64,000 nucleotides of DNA from a candidate division WOR-3 bacterium (GCA_965649265.1 CBFGKC010000006.1:32001-96000); one strand, 5' to 3'; positions 1-11,028 are shown, counted from the first letter of the stretch. The notes: generated from the sequence alone by a model not told the origin. Made by a program: numbers and translations.

Positions 1-607
1 TAACCGCATGAACGACATCATTGCCGGAGCAAGGGTCACGGGCAGGGTTTTCATTCAAGGCGAGGACATCTATTCGAGGAACGCCGATGTCGTCGCGCTC
101 CGCAAGAAGGTCGGTATGGTATTCCAGAAGTCCAACCCCTTCCCTAAATCCATCTTTGAGAACGTCGCGTACGGGCCAAGGATTCACGGCGAAAGAAACA
201 AACGCAATCTCGGAGAAATCGTCGAACGAAGCCTCAAGCGCGCCGGTCTATGGGAAGAGGTCGAATCAAGACTCGACAAGAACGCACTCGATCTCTCGGG
301 CGGCCAGCAGCAGCGTCTTTGCATCGCCCGAGCGCTCGCAATTGACCCCGAGGTCCTTCTCATGGACGAGCCCACTTCCGCGCTCGACCCGAAAGCAACC
401 GCGCGCGTCGAGGATCTTATCGGCGAACTCGTAAAGGACTACACCATCATCATCGTCACCCACAATATACAGCAGGCCGCCCGCGTTTCCGCCTATACCG
501 CTTTCCTCTATGAAGGAAGGCTCATCGAGTTCGGGGTTACCACCAAGATGTTCACGAGACCGGCGGAAAAGCAGACGGAAGATTATATAACGGGCCGATT
601 CGGCTAA
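1..607 (+). CDS. pstB: Phosphate ABC transporter ATP-binding protein (5'-truncated by window edge)
   Basis: [54 protein letters not shown] and the C-terminal [10 protein letters not shown] typical of PstB; Walker A lies upstream of the window; followed by phoU. Confidence 0.96.
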   Translation, partial: NRMNDIIAGARVTGRVFIQGEDIYSRNADVVALRKKVGMVFQKSNPFPKSIFENVAYGPRIHGERNKRNLGEIVERSLKRAGLWEEVESRLDKNALDLSGGQQQRLCIARALAIDPEVLLMDEPTSALDPKATARVEDLIGELVKDYTIIIVTHNIQQAARVSAYTAFLYEGRLIEFGVTTKMFTRPAEKQTEDYITGRFG

Positions 608-616
608 GGAGGAAGA

Positions 617-1312
617 ATGTCAAGACACCTTGAAAGAGAGATTGCAAGGCTCAAGAAAAAGATTTTGAAGCTCGGTAAAACCGTCGAAGAAAGCATCATG
701 AACGCCATTCTCTCCGTAAAAAAGCGGGATGCCGCGCTCGCCAAGAAAGTCATAGAGAACGACATTGAGATAGATAAAATGGAAGTGGAAACCGAGGAGG
801 AATGCCTCAAAATTCTCGCCCTTCACCAGCCGGTGGCCATCGACCTCCGGTTCATTATCGGCGTTCTCAAGATGAACAGCGACCTCGAGAGGATGGCCGA
901 TCTCGCGGCCAACATTGCCGAAAGGTCTCTCGACCTGGCCGGCCACAAGGGAAAGATAGACGTTCCTGATGACATCTTCGTTATGGCAGGAAAGGTCAAC
1001 AAGATGGTCGAGAAGGGGCTTAAGGCGATGATAAACATGGATGTCGCCGGGTCGCGCGAGGTCTGCAGCGATGACGACGAAGTCGACGATCTGCACAGGA
1101 AGATATTTGCAGACGCAAGGCGGCTCATGGAGAAAGACAAGACAAAGGTGGAGTCGACCATAACCATCCTCTCCATTTCCCGCTACCTTGAAAGGATTGC
1201 CGACCACGTGACCAACATCGCCGAGGATGTAGTATACATGGTAGAAGGCATCATTCACAGGCATACCTACAAACTGGATAAAACCCAGGAGAAATCTTGC
1301 AGGTCTGAATAG
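617..1312 (+). CDS. phoU: Phosphate signalling protein PhoU
   Basis: Two PhoU repeats (QPVAIDLR..., DLERMADLAANIAE, YLERIADHVTNIAEDVVY); AGGAGG RBS; follows pstB. Confidence 0.96.
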   Translation: MSRHLEREIARLKKKILKLGKTVEESIMNAILSVKKRDAALAKKVIENDIEIDKMEVETEEECLKILALHQPVAIDLRFIIGVLKMNSDLERMADLAANIAERSLDLAGHKGKIDVPDDIFVMAGKVNKMVEKGLKAMINMDVAGSREVCSDDDEVDDLHRKIFADARRLMEKDKTKVESTITILSISRYLERIADHVTNIAEDVVYMVEGIIHRHTYKLDKTQEKSCRSE

Positions 1313-1388
1313 GGACCTTATAAGAGCCATGTATCGAGTTCACTCGACTTAAGACTCACCCCCCCGCCCTTTTCGGAAGATATTTACC

Positions 1389-1416
1389 TTGACATGGCCT
1401 TAAATCCCTACATAAT
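1389..1416 (+). promoter_or_regulatory. sigma70-like promoter of secA (TTGACA-N16-CATAAT)
   Basis: Hexamers read directly; ATG 9 nt after the -10 box, no SD. Confidence 0.7.
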
Positions 1417-1425
1417 TAGAGTCTT

Positions 1426-4400
1426 ATGGCAAACTTCTTAGGAAAGATTTTCGGAACAAAACAGGAACGTGAGGTCAAGAGGATGACGCCTGTTGTCGAT
1501 GAGATCAATGAGATTCTCGTTGCCCTTCATGACTACAGGTCTAACCCGGTGCCGATAACACATCTTACAGGCATGAAGGAGGACGAGGTAAGGAGCCAGG
1601 CGCATGAGTTCGAGCGCCGCTGGAACGATTTTATCAAGAACATACCTCCCGAGGACCCGGAAAGACCGAAGAAAATTCGCGAGGCGGAGGAGAAAGCGGC
1701 CGAGTGGTTTTCTGAAAATGATAAAGGCGAAGCGCCGGAGTTTGACTGGCGGGCGATATACTGGGGCATAGAGCAGGAGGTGCGGTCCGTAAATTCGTGG
1801 GCCGCAGCGGGTGACGACTGGATTTGTGAGCATCTTGAGGATACGGTCGGGAAACCTTTATATAAAGTCCTGAAAGAGGAACTCGAAAAAAAGCAAAAGG
1901 GAGCTACGAAGTTATGGCTTGAGGCAAAGAAGCAGCTTCAGGCGAGAATCCGTCCCGCGATTGTCGCCCGGACACGAGCGTGGCAGAAGAAGTTCAAAGA
2001 CTTGACTCTTTCTATCCAGGAAGAAGCAAAAAAAGTGGATGAGACAGAGCGCAAAGAATTCTGGAAGAGGCGCGCCCTGGAAACGCTCGAGCCCATAATC
2101 GTGGAGGCCTTCACGATGGTTCGCGAGGCGTGTTACCTGCTTCTCGGAAACGTCTGGAACGTTCGCGGATTCGACACGGAGTGGGACATGTTCCCCTTCA
2201 ACGTGCAGGTAATCGGCGGACTTGCCCTTCACGAGGGCAAGATAGCCGAGATGAGAACGGGCGAGGGAAAAACACTCGTGGCGACGATGCCTCTTTATCT
2301 CAACGCCCTGATGGGACGCGGCGCTCACCTCATAACCGTAAACGACTACCTCGCTGCCCGTGACCGCGAGTGGATGGGCTCCATATACGAATATCTTGGG
2401 CTTACCGTGGGCGTCATCCAAACGGGCATGAATCCTGCGGAGCGCAAGCCCATGTACGAAGCCGATATCACCTACGGGACCAACAACGAGTGCGGTTTCG
2501 ATTACCTTCGCGACAACATGGTAATATCCCTTTCCCACAAGGTTCAACGCGCTCACGCCTATGCGATAGTCGACGAGGTTGACTCGGTTCTCATAGATGA
2601 GGCAAGAACGCCTCTCATCATCTCCGGTCCAACTGAATACGTGGACAGGGGGTACGCCCGTTTCAAGCCGGGGGTCGAAAAACTCTTCCGGCTGCAGCAG
2701 GGGCTTTCCAACGAACGGGTGAGCCAGGCAGAGAAGCTCATGGAGGAGGAGAAGGATATGGAGGCGGGGCGTGTGTTGCTCATGGTTCGCCGCGCGACAC
2801 CGAAGCATAAGCGGTTGCTTCGTATAGAAAAGGAAGGCCCCATGAAGCGTCTTATAGACGACATGGAACTTGCCCTGATGCGGGACAAGAAAATGCACGA
2901 GATCGACGAGGAGAACTATTTCACTTACGACGAGCACAATCGCGCGGTCGAGCTGAACGAGAAGGGACGCGAGATATTAAATCCGCAGGATCCAGAGGCG
3001 TTTACCTTGCCTGATCTTTCGACCGGCCTCGCGGAGATTGATAAGAGGGAGGATGTGCCCGTTCAGCAGAAGCTGAAATTAAAAGAGGCGCTTTACGAAG
3101 AGCATGCGCGCAAGAGCGAGATGCTCAACAACTATCATGCGCTGCTCAAGGCCTACGTGCTCTTTAACCGCGACGAGGATTATATCGTGGACGGCGGAAA
3201 AGTAGTCATCGTCGATCCTTTTACCGGCAGGCCTCAGCCCGGCAGGCGTTACTCCGACGGTCTGCACGAGGCACTTGAAGCGAAGGAGAGCGTTCAGGTT
3301 CAGGAAGAGACCCAGACTGTGGCATCAATCACCCACCAGAATTACTTCCGCATGTACGAAAAGCTCGCCGGCATGACAGGTACGGCTCTTACCGAGGCCT
3401 CTGAGTTCTGGAATATCTACAAGCTCGAGGTTCTCGAAATTCCCACAAACAAACCGGTGCGCAGACTCGATTATCCCGACATAGTCTACAAAACAAGGGC
3501 GGAGAAATACTCGGCGGTTATCGAAGAAATAGAAACGCTGCACAAATCGGGCAGGCCCGTGCTCGTCGGCACCACGTCCGTGGACGTTTCAGAAACACTT
3601 TCCCGAATGCTCAAACGTAAGGGAATTAACCACAACGTCCTCAACGCAAAGCAGCATCAGAGAGAGGCCGAGATTGTAAAAGACGCAGGCAGGCTCAACA
3701 GCGTGACCATCGCGACCAACATGGCAGGCCGCGGAACGGACATCAAACTGACACCCGAGGTCATGGACGTTGAAACCAGATGCAAGATACAGGATGCCGA
3801 GTTTGAAACCGACATCGATCGCATGAGGCGTTCGAAGGACTGCGACGAGGAGTATCCGACGGGGCTGATCATCATCGGTACCGAGCGCCACGAATCGCGG
3901 CGAATAGACAACCAGCTTCGCGGGCGTTCGGGTCGTCAGGGGGACCCGGGGGCGTCTCAATTCTTCCTGAGTCTGGAAGATGATCTTTTAAGAATCTTCG
4001 GCGCGGACAGGATGAACCAGGTCATTGAGCGTTTCGGCGGCAAGGAGATGGAACCTGTATCCTCGCCGTTCGTCACGACCGCTATCGAGAGCGCCCAGAA
4101 GAGGGTTGAGCAGAACAACTTCGAGATTCGCAAGAGGCTCTTGGAATACGACGACGTGATGAACAAGCAGCGCGAGGAGATATATGCCACTCGTGACGAG
4201 ATTCTTGCAGGCGAAGATCTTGACGGTCTGTGCCGTTTCATTTTCGGAGAGGTGATCGAGCAGCTCGTCGCCGAAAGGTGCCAGAGCCGCAACGGAGAGG
4301 AGTGGGAGTGGGAGGGTCTCGTGTCCGATTTCGTGAGCTATTTCATGCTCGATTTCCCGGTTCCCTCGCCCGATGAGCAAGCAAGAGTTAAGCGTGATGA

Positions 4401-4899
4401 GCTTATACAGGTTCTTATCCAAAAATCCGAGGAGGCTCTTTCGCTCAGGAGAGAGACGCTTGGCGAGCAACTCTTCGCGGAGCTTCGCAACCTCGTTCTG
4501 CTCACAGTTATAGACAGGCACTGGCGCGATCACCTTTCGGAGATGGAAGATTTGAGAAAAGGAATCTCTCTGCGTGGCTACGGTCAGAAGGACCCGATCA
4601 TCGAATACAAGCGCGAAGCCTACGGCAAGTACCAGGAGATGGTTCGTTCCTTCCAGAAAGAGGTAACCAAGCTCATCTTTCGCGCGCAGTTGAGGCAGGC
4701 ACCGGTTCGCAGGCAGGCTCCGGTACACGCCTACAAGGAGGAGGCTGCCGCATCCCAGGGAGGTGGAGAAGGTCAGCCTTCACAATCGCCGCCTAAAGCC
4801 GCTCCGGCCCAGGCGCAGGCAAAGGTCGGCCGCAACGATCCTTGTCCGTGCGGTTCAGGAAAGAAATACAAGAAATGCTGCTACCCGAAATACGGTTGA
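1426..4899 (+). CDS. secA: Preprotein translocase ATPase SecA with a large N-terminal insertion
   Basis: EMRTGEGKT, DEVDS, IATNMAGRGTDI, RRIDNQLRGRSGRQGDPG and C-terminal SEC-C motif GRNDPCPCGSGKKYKKCC. Confidence 0.98.
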   Translation: MANFLGKIFGTKQEREVKRMTPVVDEINEILVALHDYRSNPVPITHLTGMKEDEVRSQAHEFERRWNDFIKNIPPEDPERPKKIREAEEKAAEWFSENDKGEAPEFDWRAIYWGIEQEVRSVNSWAAAGDDWICEHLEDTVGKPLYKVLKEELEKKQKGATKLWLEAKKQLQARIRPAIVARTRAWQKKFKDLTLSIQEEAKKVDETERKEFWKRRALETLEPIIVEAFTMVREACYLLLGNVWNVRGFDTEWDMFPFNVQVIGGLALHEGKIAEMRTGEGKTLVATMPLYLNALMGRGAHLITVNDYLAARDREWMGSIYEYLGLTVGVIQTGMNPAERKPMYEADITYGTNNECGFDYLRDNMVISLSHKVQRAHAYAIVDEVDSVLIDEARTPLIISGPTEYVDRGYARFKPGVEKLFRLQQGLSNERVSQAEKLMEEEKDMEAGRVLLMVRRATPKHKRLLRIEKEGPMKRLIDDMELALMRDKKMHEIDEENYFTYDEHNRAVELNEKGREILNPQDPEAFTLPDLSTGLAEIDKREDVPVQQKLKLKEALYEEHARKSEMLNNYHALLKAYVLFNRDEDYIVDGGKVVIVDPFTGRPQPGRRYSDGLHEALEAKESVQVQEETQTVASITHQNYFRMYEKLAGMTGTALTEASEFWNIYKLEVLEIPTNKPVRRLDYPDIVYKTRAEKYSAVIEEIETLHKSGRPVLVGTTSVDVSETLSRMLKRKGINHNVLNAKQHQREAEIVKDAGRLNSVTIATNMAGRGTDIKLTPEVMDVETRCKIQDAEFETDIDRMRRSKDCDEEYPTGLIIIGTERHESRRIDNQLRGRSGRQGDPGASQFFLSLEDDLLRIFGADRMNQVIERFGGKEMEPVSSPFVTTAIESAQKRVEQNNFEIRKRLLEYDDVMNKQREEIYATRDEILAGEDLDGLCRFIFGEVIEQLVAERCQSRNGEEWEWEGLVSDFVSYFMLDFPVPSPDEQARVKRDELIQVLIQKSEEALSLRRETLGEQLFAELRNLVLLTVIDRHWRDHLSEMEDLRKGISLRGYGQKDPIIEYKREAYGKYQEMVRSFQKEVTKLIFRAQLRQAPVRRQAPVHAYKEEAAASQGGGEGQPSQSPPKAAPAQAQAKVGRNDPCPCGSGKKYKKCCYPKYG

Positions 4900-4971
4900 G
4901 GTCGGTTGTGTTAATAGCGCAGTCGCTTTCAGGGAAGTGTACACCGGAATTCACATACGAGAGGAGGTCTG

Positions 4972-5919
4972 ATGGATAAGAAGCTTTTGGAACCACTGAA
5001 ATCCAAACGCGTGCTCGTATGTTCGGGCGGGTGGTCTTCAGAACGGGAAATTTCCCTTCTTTCCGGGCGCAACGTGTTCGAGGCGCTACGCAGGCAAGGA
5101 ATTGAAGCCGTTAGCTTTGATTTAACGTCTCACGAGGATTTGCCTAAAATTCTCAAGGAGAAACCCGATCTCATCTTCATCGCACTGCACGGGAAGATGG
5201 GCGAGGACGGTTCTTTCCAGGGTTTCTGCGAGACGGCCGGCATTCCTTACACGGGCTCAGCCGTCGAGGCCTCGGCGGTAGGGCTCGACAAATGGGTTTC
5301 GAAGTGGGTGTTTGCACGCAACGACATTCCCACTCCGCGTTTCATTCCCCTTCACTCCGGAGAAGACTACGTTGCAAACGTCCACAAGGCCTCGTACGAA
5401 CTCGGCTTTCCTGTTGTCATAAAACCGCGCTACGAGGGTTCGAGCATTGGAGTGAAGATTGTTCACGAGGAACTCGCGCTTCTCGAGGAAACTCGTCGAA
5501 TACAGGCGGAGTTCGGAGATTTGCTTCTTGAAGAGTTTATTTCGGGAATGACATGCACCGCCGGAATTCTGGGTGAACAGGCCCTGCCTCTTCTCGAACT
5601 GGTGCCGAAGACCCAGGAGTTTTACGACTACCAGGCCAAGTACACTAAAGGTGCCACCGAGTTTCACTGCCCGGCGCGGATTAATCCGCAACAGACAAGA
5701 CTCGCTCAGGAGCTCGCTCTCAAGGCGTTTCGATCGATCGGAGCCAGGCATTTCGGCAGGGTAGATTTCATGCTTTCAGAGAACGGCCTGCCCTTCTTTC
5801 TCGAAGTAAACACCATTCCGGGATTGACCGATCTCAGTGATCTCCCTGCAGAGGCCAAGGTTGCCGGAATAGAGTACGATGAACTTATTATCCGCATCGC
5901 TCTTCTTGCATTGAAGTGA
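4972..5919 (+). CDS. ddl: D-alanine--D-alanine ligase
   Basis: GGWSSEREISLLSG, ALHGKMGEDG, EGSSIGV, FYDYQAKY, LEVNTIPG. Confidence 0.95.
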   Translation: MDKKLLEPLKSKRVLVCSGGWSSEREISLLSGRNVFEALRRQGIEAVSFDLTSHEDLPKILKEKPDLIFIALHGKMGEDGSFQGFCETAGIPYTGSAVEASAVGLDKWVSKWVFARNDIPTPRFIPLHSGEDYVANVHKASYELGFPVVIKPRYEGSSIGVKIVHEELALLEETRRIQAEFGDLLLEEFISGMTCTAGILGEQALPLLELVPKTQEFYDYQAKYTKGATEFHCPARINPQQTRLAQELALKAFRSIGARHFGRVDFMLSENGLPFFLEVNTIPGLTDLSDLPAEAKVAGIEYDELIIRIALLALK

Positions 5920-7328
5920 AAATACTCACAATTTTTCTGTTTACCATTACGCTTTGGGCAGCGAGTTACGGAGTGTCCGGCTCCAAGGCATATCTTCTCG
6001 ATGATTCAGATCTGAGAATCATTACGAGCCAGGGTTCCAGAAGACTTCCTCTCTTCGGTATCCCCGTAACAATATTGCTCGGTTCCAAACCGTACGTTCT
6101 GACCAGTCAGGCGCTCTTTGCTGTCGATCCCGCGAAAGAAGAAGTGACATCGGTTTCCAGGCTTGACCGTTCTTACATGGATGCCGTGGTTTCAAAGGAT
6201 GATCGAATCTATCTCATGGGCGGAAACGTCCTCACTGTTTTCCAGGGGTCGGCTTCCAAATTCACGCTCCTTTATTCTTACGAACTTCCTGGAGCACCTG
6301 ATCGCGTCTTCCTTCTACCTACAGGGGAATTGCTTTTTACGGGATCGAGGACCTTCACGTACAATCCGGCCACGAGTTCCACCGAAGATATTTCACCGGG
6401 GTGGAAACCAACGCATCCGTCTCTTGCAGGCAGCACGATGGTCGAGAACGAAGGCTCGGCACTTTTCCTGTTCAATACGGCATCAAAGACACGGGACACC
6501 GTCTATTTTTCATCCGAGATTAAACATGTGACCCCATGGCGGGATAAAATCCTTCTGGCAACATCGTCAGAAGTAATGCTGCTCGATCCCGTTTCCGCAT
6601 CAGTTGTTTCAAGCAGTCCGGTGCTCGGTATAGAAAAGCTTTCTTGCGTGAACCAGGATACCATTGCCGTCGCTCTTCAGAAGGATGTCATTTCGACGTT
6701 CAGTCTTCCCGGGCTTATGCCGCTCGAGACCTTCAACGCTTCGTGTGACGCGCAGGCTTCTGTGTATCCTTTCTTTCATCAGCCGATTTTTGAGTGTCGT
6801 GACAAGCTCGCTTTGCCTTCAGGAACGAAAGGGACTCAGACTTATCTGGTTCAATCCGTGAAACCCCAGGAAGGGGCCTATTTTGCTCTTCAGGTAGGCG
6901 CCTTCTCCAATCTCGCGAGTGTCGGGACCCTCATGGAAAGGCTTGCGGGACAGGGGCTTCCGTACTATACAATCCAGGATGGAAACCTGACCAAATTCAG
7001 GGTGGGATATTTTCGCACGAGAGCCGATGCGGAGCGAATCCGCTCGTTTCTCGGTGATCTCGATGCGTGGATTGTCACCGAAAAGACTCAGCAGCCGCTC
7101 ATTCATTCAATCCATGACCTCAATCACGACGTCCGGCCTGATGGTATAGTTTCAAAGGGTGACAGTGTGCTGGTTCTCACTTTGCGTGATCAAACCTGGA
7201 TTGATGTGATTAAGGCCTCAAGGCTTCCCGAACCGGCAACCGAGGTCTACCTTCAGGGAAACAAGGCGTACGCAAAGCTTGCGACTTCCGGCCTGCGCGA
7301 ACTCGTACTGCCTGATTCTTCCAAATAA
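5916..7328 (+). CDS. Exported SPOR-domain protein
   Basis: Signal peptide; C-terminal SPOR motif YFALQVGAFSN...KFRVGYFRTRADAE; overlaps the ddl stop. Confidence 0.7.
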   Translation: MKILTIFLFTITLWAASYGVSGSKAYLLDDSDLRIITSQGSRRLPLFGIPVTILLGSKPYVLTSQALFAVDPAKEEVTSVSRLDRSYMDAVVSKDDRIYLMGGNVLTVFQGSASKFTLLYSYELPGAPDRVFLLPTGELLFTGSRTFTYNPATSSTEDISPGWKPTHPSLAGSTMVENEGSALFLFNTASKTRDTVYFSSEIKHVTPWRDKILLATSSEVMLLDPVSASVVSSSPVLGIEKLSCVNQDTIAVALQKDVISTFSLPGLMPLETFNASCDAQASVYPFFHQPIFECRDKLALPSGTKGTQTYLVQSVKPQEGAYFALQVGAFSNLASVGTLMERLAGQGLPYYTIQDGNLTKFRVGYFRTRADAERIRSFLGDLDAWIVTEKTQQPLIHSIHDLNHDVRPDGIVSKGDSVLVLTLRDQTWIDVIKASRLPEPATEVYLQGNKAYAKLATSGLRELVLPDSSK

Positions 7329-7335
7329 AGATTCC

Positions 7336-10300
7336 TCAGAAATACATCCCCGCAGAAAGCTTGAATTCGTTGGTTAGTCCGCGCTCGTCGGGATAAAGGG
7401 TTCCGGTGTAGGAAAGACGAACCGAGAGACCTTTTGCAATTGAACGTTCGACACCTGCGTTCCACGAAGGGGTGAGTCCGAGGGGGTCTTCCTGCCCGAT
7501 GAGGTATGGAAGTTCTGTTTGCGAAATGTTCGAAAGCCGTTGGGTAAGCCTGAAGCCGGCGCTAGTGCGCCAGTCCTTGAATGTCTTTTCGGCATCTGCC
7601 GATATCCATATTCGCCTGATCTCTATTTGTCCAAGTTCCGGGTAGTAATACGGCTCCTCAGCGACGAGGTTGGCGAACCCGATCTGGGGTTCAAGCCTGA
7701 GCCACAAATCGATAACTGGTGCCAGCCACGAACTTGACTCGGTTTTGGTACGCAGCGCAAGCTCGTTGCGAGCTCTCGATTCGCTCGTGAAAGACCCAAG
7801 CAATCTCAAAAGGTACGATGGATGAACCCGTGAGCGCAGCTCCGCATCGGCCCTCCATGTTTCTTGCCGTTCGTCGGCACCTCCCCATGCCGGGAAGCGG
7901 CCGTTTCTGTACGAGGGGGAGAGTATTACGTTCAAAAGCTCATAGCCGGGCAGGAGGGTAACCCTTGAGCTTGCCGCAAACGAGTTCGAATAATATGAAT
8001 CGTTGTAATCGAGTGAAACCCATATCTTCGCCGGCGCAAGACTCATATCGGCGGCCAGGTTTGCTTTGCGCTGCGGGGCAAGGGCTGCCCCCTCCTCCTT
8101 TCTTATCTCCAGTTTGTAATCCCCTTTCTCGTCGGGTATGTATTCACCGGTCTCGGGGTCGCGTTTGTAGTCACCTGTCCCGGGGGTGACAGGAAGGTAA
8201 TATAAAACCTCTTTCTCAATACTTTGCGGATGCTGGGAAAGGTTTGCAGAGATATTTATCCTTGGCGATGGTGAATACTCAAGTCCCATATCCCCGAAGA
8301 GAAAAAACCAGCTGGTATCCGCAGGGAGATTTTTGATTGTGAACCTGTCCAGTCCTGCGGTGAGTCTTGTCTCAATTTTTTTGGCGCCGTAGTCGGCTGA
8401 AAAGAAAATGCGATCGTAATACAAGGTGTCTTGCCAGGTCTCCTGATCGTTGGCAAGGCTCTGGTCGATGCGCCTTGAACCGGTAAGCTTGATCTCGATC
8501 TCACTCAGGGGTCGCATCGCGAGACCGAGAAGCGGCTCGAAATTCTGTTTCATGTCAACCGTATCGTACCTTGCCCACGAGAAACCTGCGAGAGGAGTCC
8601 AGATTCCGAAACGAGGGTGAATACCGATCGAGGCGCGCTGCCTTGATTTAAGCCAGTCGCCCGAAAGGTCAAAAAAAGGTGCTCTTGATGACGCCCGGCC
8701 GCTGAATTCGTGCCCAGCGGTCCAAAGATGGCCTCCACCTATTCCTATGGTCAATGAGTCGAAGGGGTTTGCTTCCAGTTCGAGCAGCTGTTCATTGAAG
8801 TACGTGGGTAGCGAATCCATGTTCCACCTGTCGGCTGCCGCCGCATCCGACGTTCTCACCGGCAGGCTTACGTCTTGTGAACCGAAGCTGTGCGAGAGGT
8901 TGAGTCCGAGTTTTTCCCATTTTGCCTCCACGCCAATACGATGGGCGTGTCCGAAGACGTAGCTCGTGTCGTTGTATAAGTTCGATGTCAGTCTCGATCC
9001 GGCAGCCGACAAATCGATTCCTAACGGTCCAAAGACCTTTCTGAACGAAACACCCAGAGCCTCCTGTCTGCCGGGAAGAGTCGTAAGAATCTCGGCTTTG
9101 TAATTCCCCGCATCCGGTCCGGTGTAAATGAAGAAGCCTGAATCGGGATTAAGCACGTAGTCACCGGAAGTGGAATCGACCAGCCTGAAGCTCACGTCGT
9201 AGTCGCCCTGACCCTGGCCTGCCCATATGAAATGGTCGTCCGAAAGCAAGTAGCTGCCTGAGCCCGATCCAACGTAGACACCTCCCGGGACGACGGCCTC
9301 GGAGGAAGTCACGGTATCAAGTATCGCCTGCTGCGAATCGCTCCAGGTGTGAAAGAGATGGGTTCGGGAGTCGGCTTCCCTGTAAAAGTAAACGCCGAAA
9401 GGTCCTGCTGATACACCCAAAAGTTCGTTGTTGGCAGCGTAATCGGAGCCGGTGTAGGTATAGTCTACCTCAGCCCTCGAGCGTGAGCGAATATCTATCC
9501 TCGAATTGAAGGTGATTGCACCGGTCGAGTAATCGATCACATAATCGTTCTCCGAGCCGCGTACAAGAAGCCGCGTATCGAGCCAGATCTTTTCGGAACC
9601 CGGTACGAGCGGTTCTGCGGATTCTGCGGAACCGACAAGGTAGGGTCCGCGCTTGCCGTCAACGAGCGAAAGAATCGAATGGCCTCTTTTGGTGCCCTCT
9701 ATTCCGAATGCACCGGTGGTACTCACTGGTCCAAGAGACATTCCTGTGGATGCCCCTTTTATTCTTCTTTCCAGCAATCCGTATCCTGCGAACGGGTCCG
9801 ACAAATCAATATCTCCCAGGTTTACTTTCCAGTTTTTCTGCGAGAGCGAGACCGAGATCCGGTCAAAGTCCTCTATCCTTTCCGTGGTTCCTTCCGGAAC
9901 AAACGCACCCTGCTCGTCAGCGATATGTCCTGATACATCAACCCCGGCAAGGTTTCCGTTCATGTTTACCGAAAGCCCTTGGGAAAGATCGCTCGATCCC
10001 TTGTCGTTCAATGAGAGCGAGAGGGTTTTTGAGCCGTGAACCTCGAGCCGCTCTGCTGTCGACGCGGGCTCGAGGTTTCTTAGAGAATCCCCGGGTTCAA
10101 AGCTTGTAGTTTCTTTCGCCTCGTATAATGAATACGGCTCAATCGAATCAGCCGCAATCGTCTGATACTTCAGGATGACTTCCAGGGTTTCAGGGGGGGG
10201 AGGCGTCAGTATAAGCCTGTTAGAAACAATGCTTGCCTTTGAAGTCACGGGCGGGTCGAATATGATGCTGCCTTCCACTATCAAAGCATCGGATAAATAA

Positions 10301-10386
10301 TACTCAACCCTGCCGGGTTCAAGAACAAGGGTTTGTTCGTGAGGGACCAGAAAAGAGGAGATCAGAAACAGATACAGAGGGACCAT
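7336..10386 (-). CDS. Large putative outer-membrane beta-barrel protein
   Basis: 1016 aa ORF; hydrophobic N-terminus, alternating beta-strand pattern, terminal aromatic residue (GMYF); GSEKIWLD...DYVIDYSTG segment reminiscent of SprA-like proteins. Confidence 0.6.
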   Translation of the reverse strand: MVPLYLFLISSFLVPHEQTLVLEPGRVEYYLSDALIVEGSIIFDPPVTSKASIVSNRLILTPPPPETLEVILKYQTIAADSIEPYSLYEAKETTSFEPGDSLRNLEPASTAERLEVHGSKTLSLSLNDKGSSDLSQGLSVNMNGNLAGVDVSGHIADEQGAFVPEGTTERIEDFDRISVSLSQKNWKVNLGDIDLSDPFAGYGLLERRIKGASTGMSLGPVSTTGAFGIEGTKRGHSILSLVDGKRGPYLVGSAESAEPLVPGSEKIWLDTRLLVRGSENDYVIDYSTGAITFNSRIDIRSRSRAEVDYTYTGSDYAANNELLGVSAGPFGVYFYREADSRTHLFHTWSDSQQAILDTVTSSEAVVPGGVYVGSGSGSYLLSDDHFIWAGQGQGDYDVSFRLVDSTSGDYVLNPDSGFFIYTGPDAGNYKAEILTTLPGRQEALGVSFRKVFGPLGIDLSAAGSRLTSNLYNDTSYVFGHAHRIGVEAKWEKLGLNLSHSFGSQDVSLPVRTSDAAAADRWNMDSLPTYFNEQLLELEANPFDSLTIGIGGGHLWTAGHEFSGRASSRAPFFDLSGDWLKSRQRASIGIHPRFGIWTPLAGFSWARYDTVDMKQNFEPLLGLAMRPLSEIEIKLTGSRRIDQSLANDQETWQDTLYYDRIFFSADYGAKKIETRLTAGLDRFTIKNLPADTSWFFLFGDMGLEYSPSPRINISANLSQHPQSIEKEVLYYLPVTPGTGDYKRDPETGEYIPDEKGDYKLEIRKEEGAALAPQRKANLAADMSLAPAKIWVSLDYNDSYYSNSFAASSRVTLLPGYELLNVILSPSYRNGRFPAWGGADERQETWRADAELRSRVHPSYLLRLLGSFTSESRARNELALRTKTESSSWLAPVIDLWLRLEPQIGFANLVAEEPYYYPELGQIEIRRIWISADAEKTFKDWRTSAGFRLTQRLSNISQTELPYLIGQEDPLGLTPSWNAGVERSIAKGLSVRLSYTGTLYPDERGLTNEFKLSAGMYF

Positions 10387-10994
10387 TACCTTACTATCAG
10401 GATATGGGTAGGATCGGCAAGGTAGTAAACCAGCTTGTCCGTTATCGCCATCTGGTTTGTAAGATAAGCGATGGTTTCAGTTGTAAGGCCGAGACTTGAA
10501 AGCTCGTGATTCACCGTCGAATCCATCGGAAGCGGTTCGTTTTTTTGCAGGTAATAGATGCTGTCCGCGATGCACCATATAGAAAGCGGCGCTCTCGATA
10601 TGCTTCTTTCCTCAAGAATACTTCCCAGAGGGGAAAGCCGTCTTAATGTAAAGTCTGAAAGAACCCATAACTCACCGGAAGTCGTTAACGCAGCGTCGTC
10701 CGCATCATTGGCAACCGCTCCTCCTATCGCTTTCCTGAGATCGTAAAGCATCAGTTTTCTGCCTCTTAGCACGTAAAGCAGTTCGTCAAAATAAAGCAAG
10801 CGTTGAGCACCGCTTATTCTCTCCGGAAGCGAATAATTTGTCCACTCATCGTTGTCTTCAAGCACGAAAACTTCGTCTCCTGCTCGTGAAAGGAAAACCA
10901 GTCGCGAGTCTGGAGAGGCCGCCAGGGCTTTTGCAGGCTGTGGAAGTTGTAATGTGTCCACCCTTCCTATGAACAAGGCAAGAAAAAAGATCAC
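10386..10994 (-). CDS. Hypothetical exported protein (beta-propeller-like)
   Basis: 202 aa ORF, GTG start, hydrophobic N-terminus, 1-bp overlap with the downstream gene. Confidence 0.6.
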   Translation of the reverse strand: MIFFLALFIGRVDTLQLPQPAKALAASPDSRLVFLSRAGDEVFVLEDNDEWTNYSLPERISGAQRLLYFDELLYVLRGRKLMLYDLRKAIGGAVANDADDAALTTSGELWVLSDFTLRRLSPLGSILEERSISRAPLSIWCIADSIYYLQKNEPLPMDSTVNHELSSLGLTTETIAYLTNQMAITDKLVYYLADPTHILIVR

Positions 10995-11000
10995 AGCCTA

Positions 11001-11028
11001 AGGATAACCGTCACATCCCGGTAGTCAA
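11001..11028 (-). promoter_or_regulatory. sigma70-like promoter (TTGACT-N16-TATCCT), likely leaderless
   Basis: GTG start 6 nt after the -10 box. Confidence 0.6.

Noticed and set aside
1530-1990. Intein in SecA
   Set aside because: No Cys/Ser start, His-Asn end or LAGLIDADG motifs
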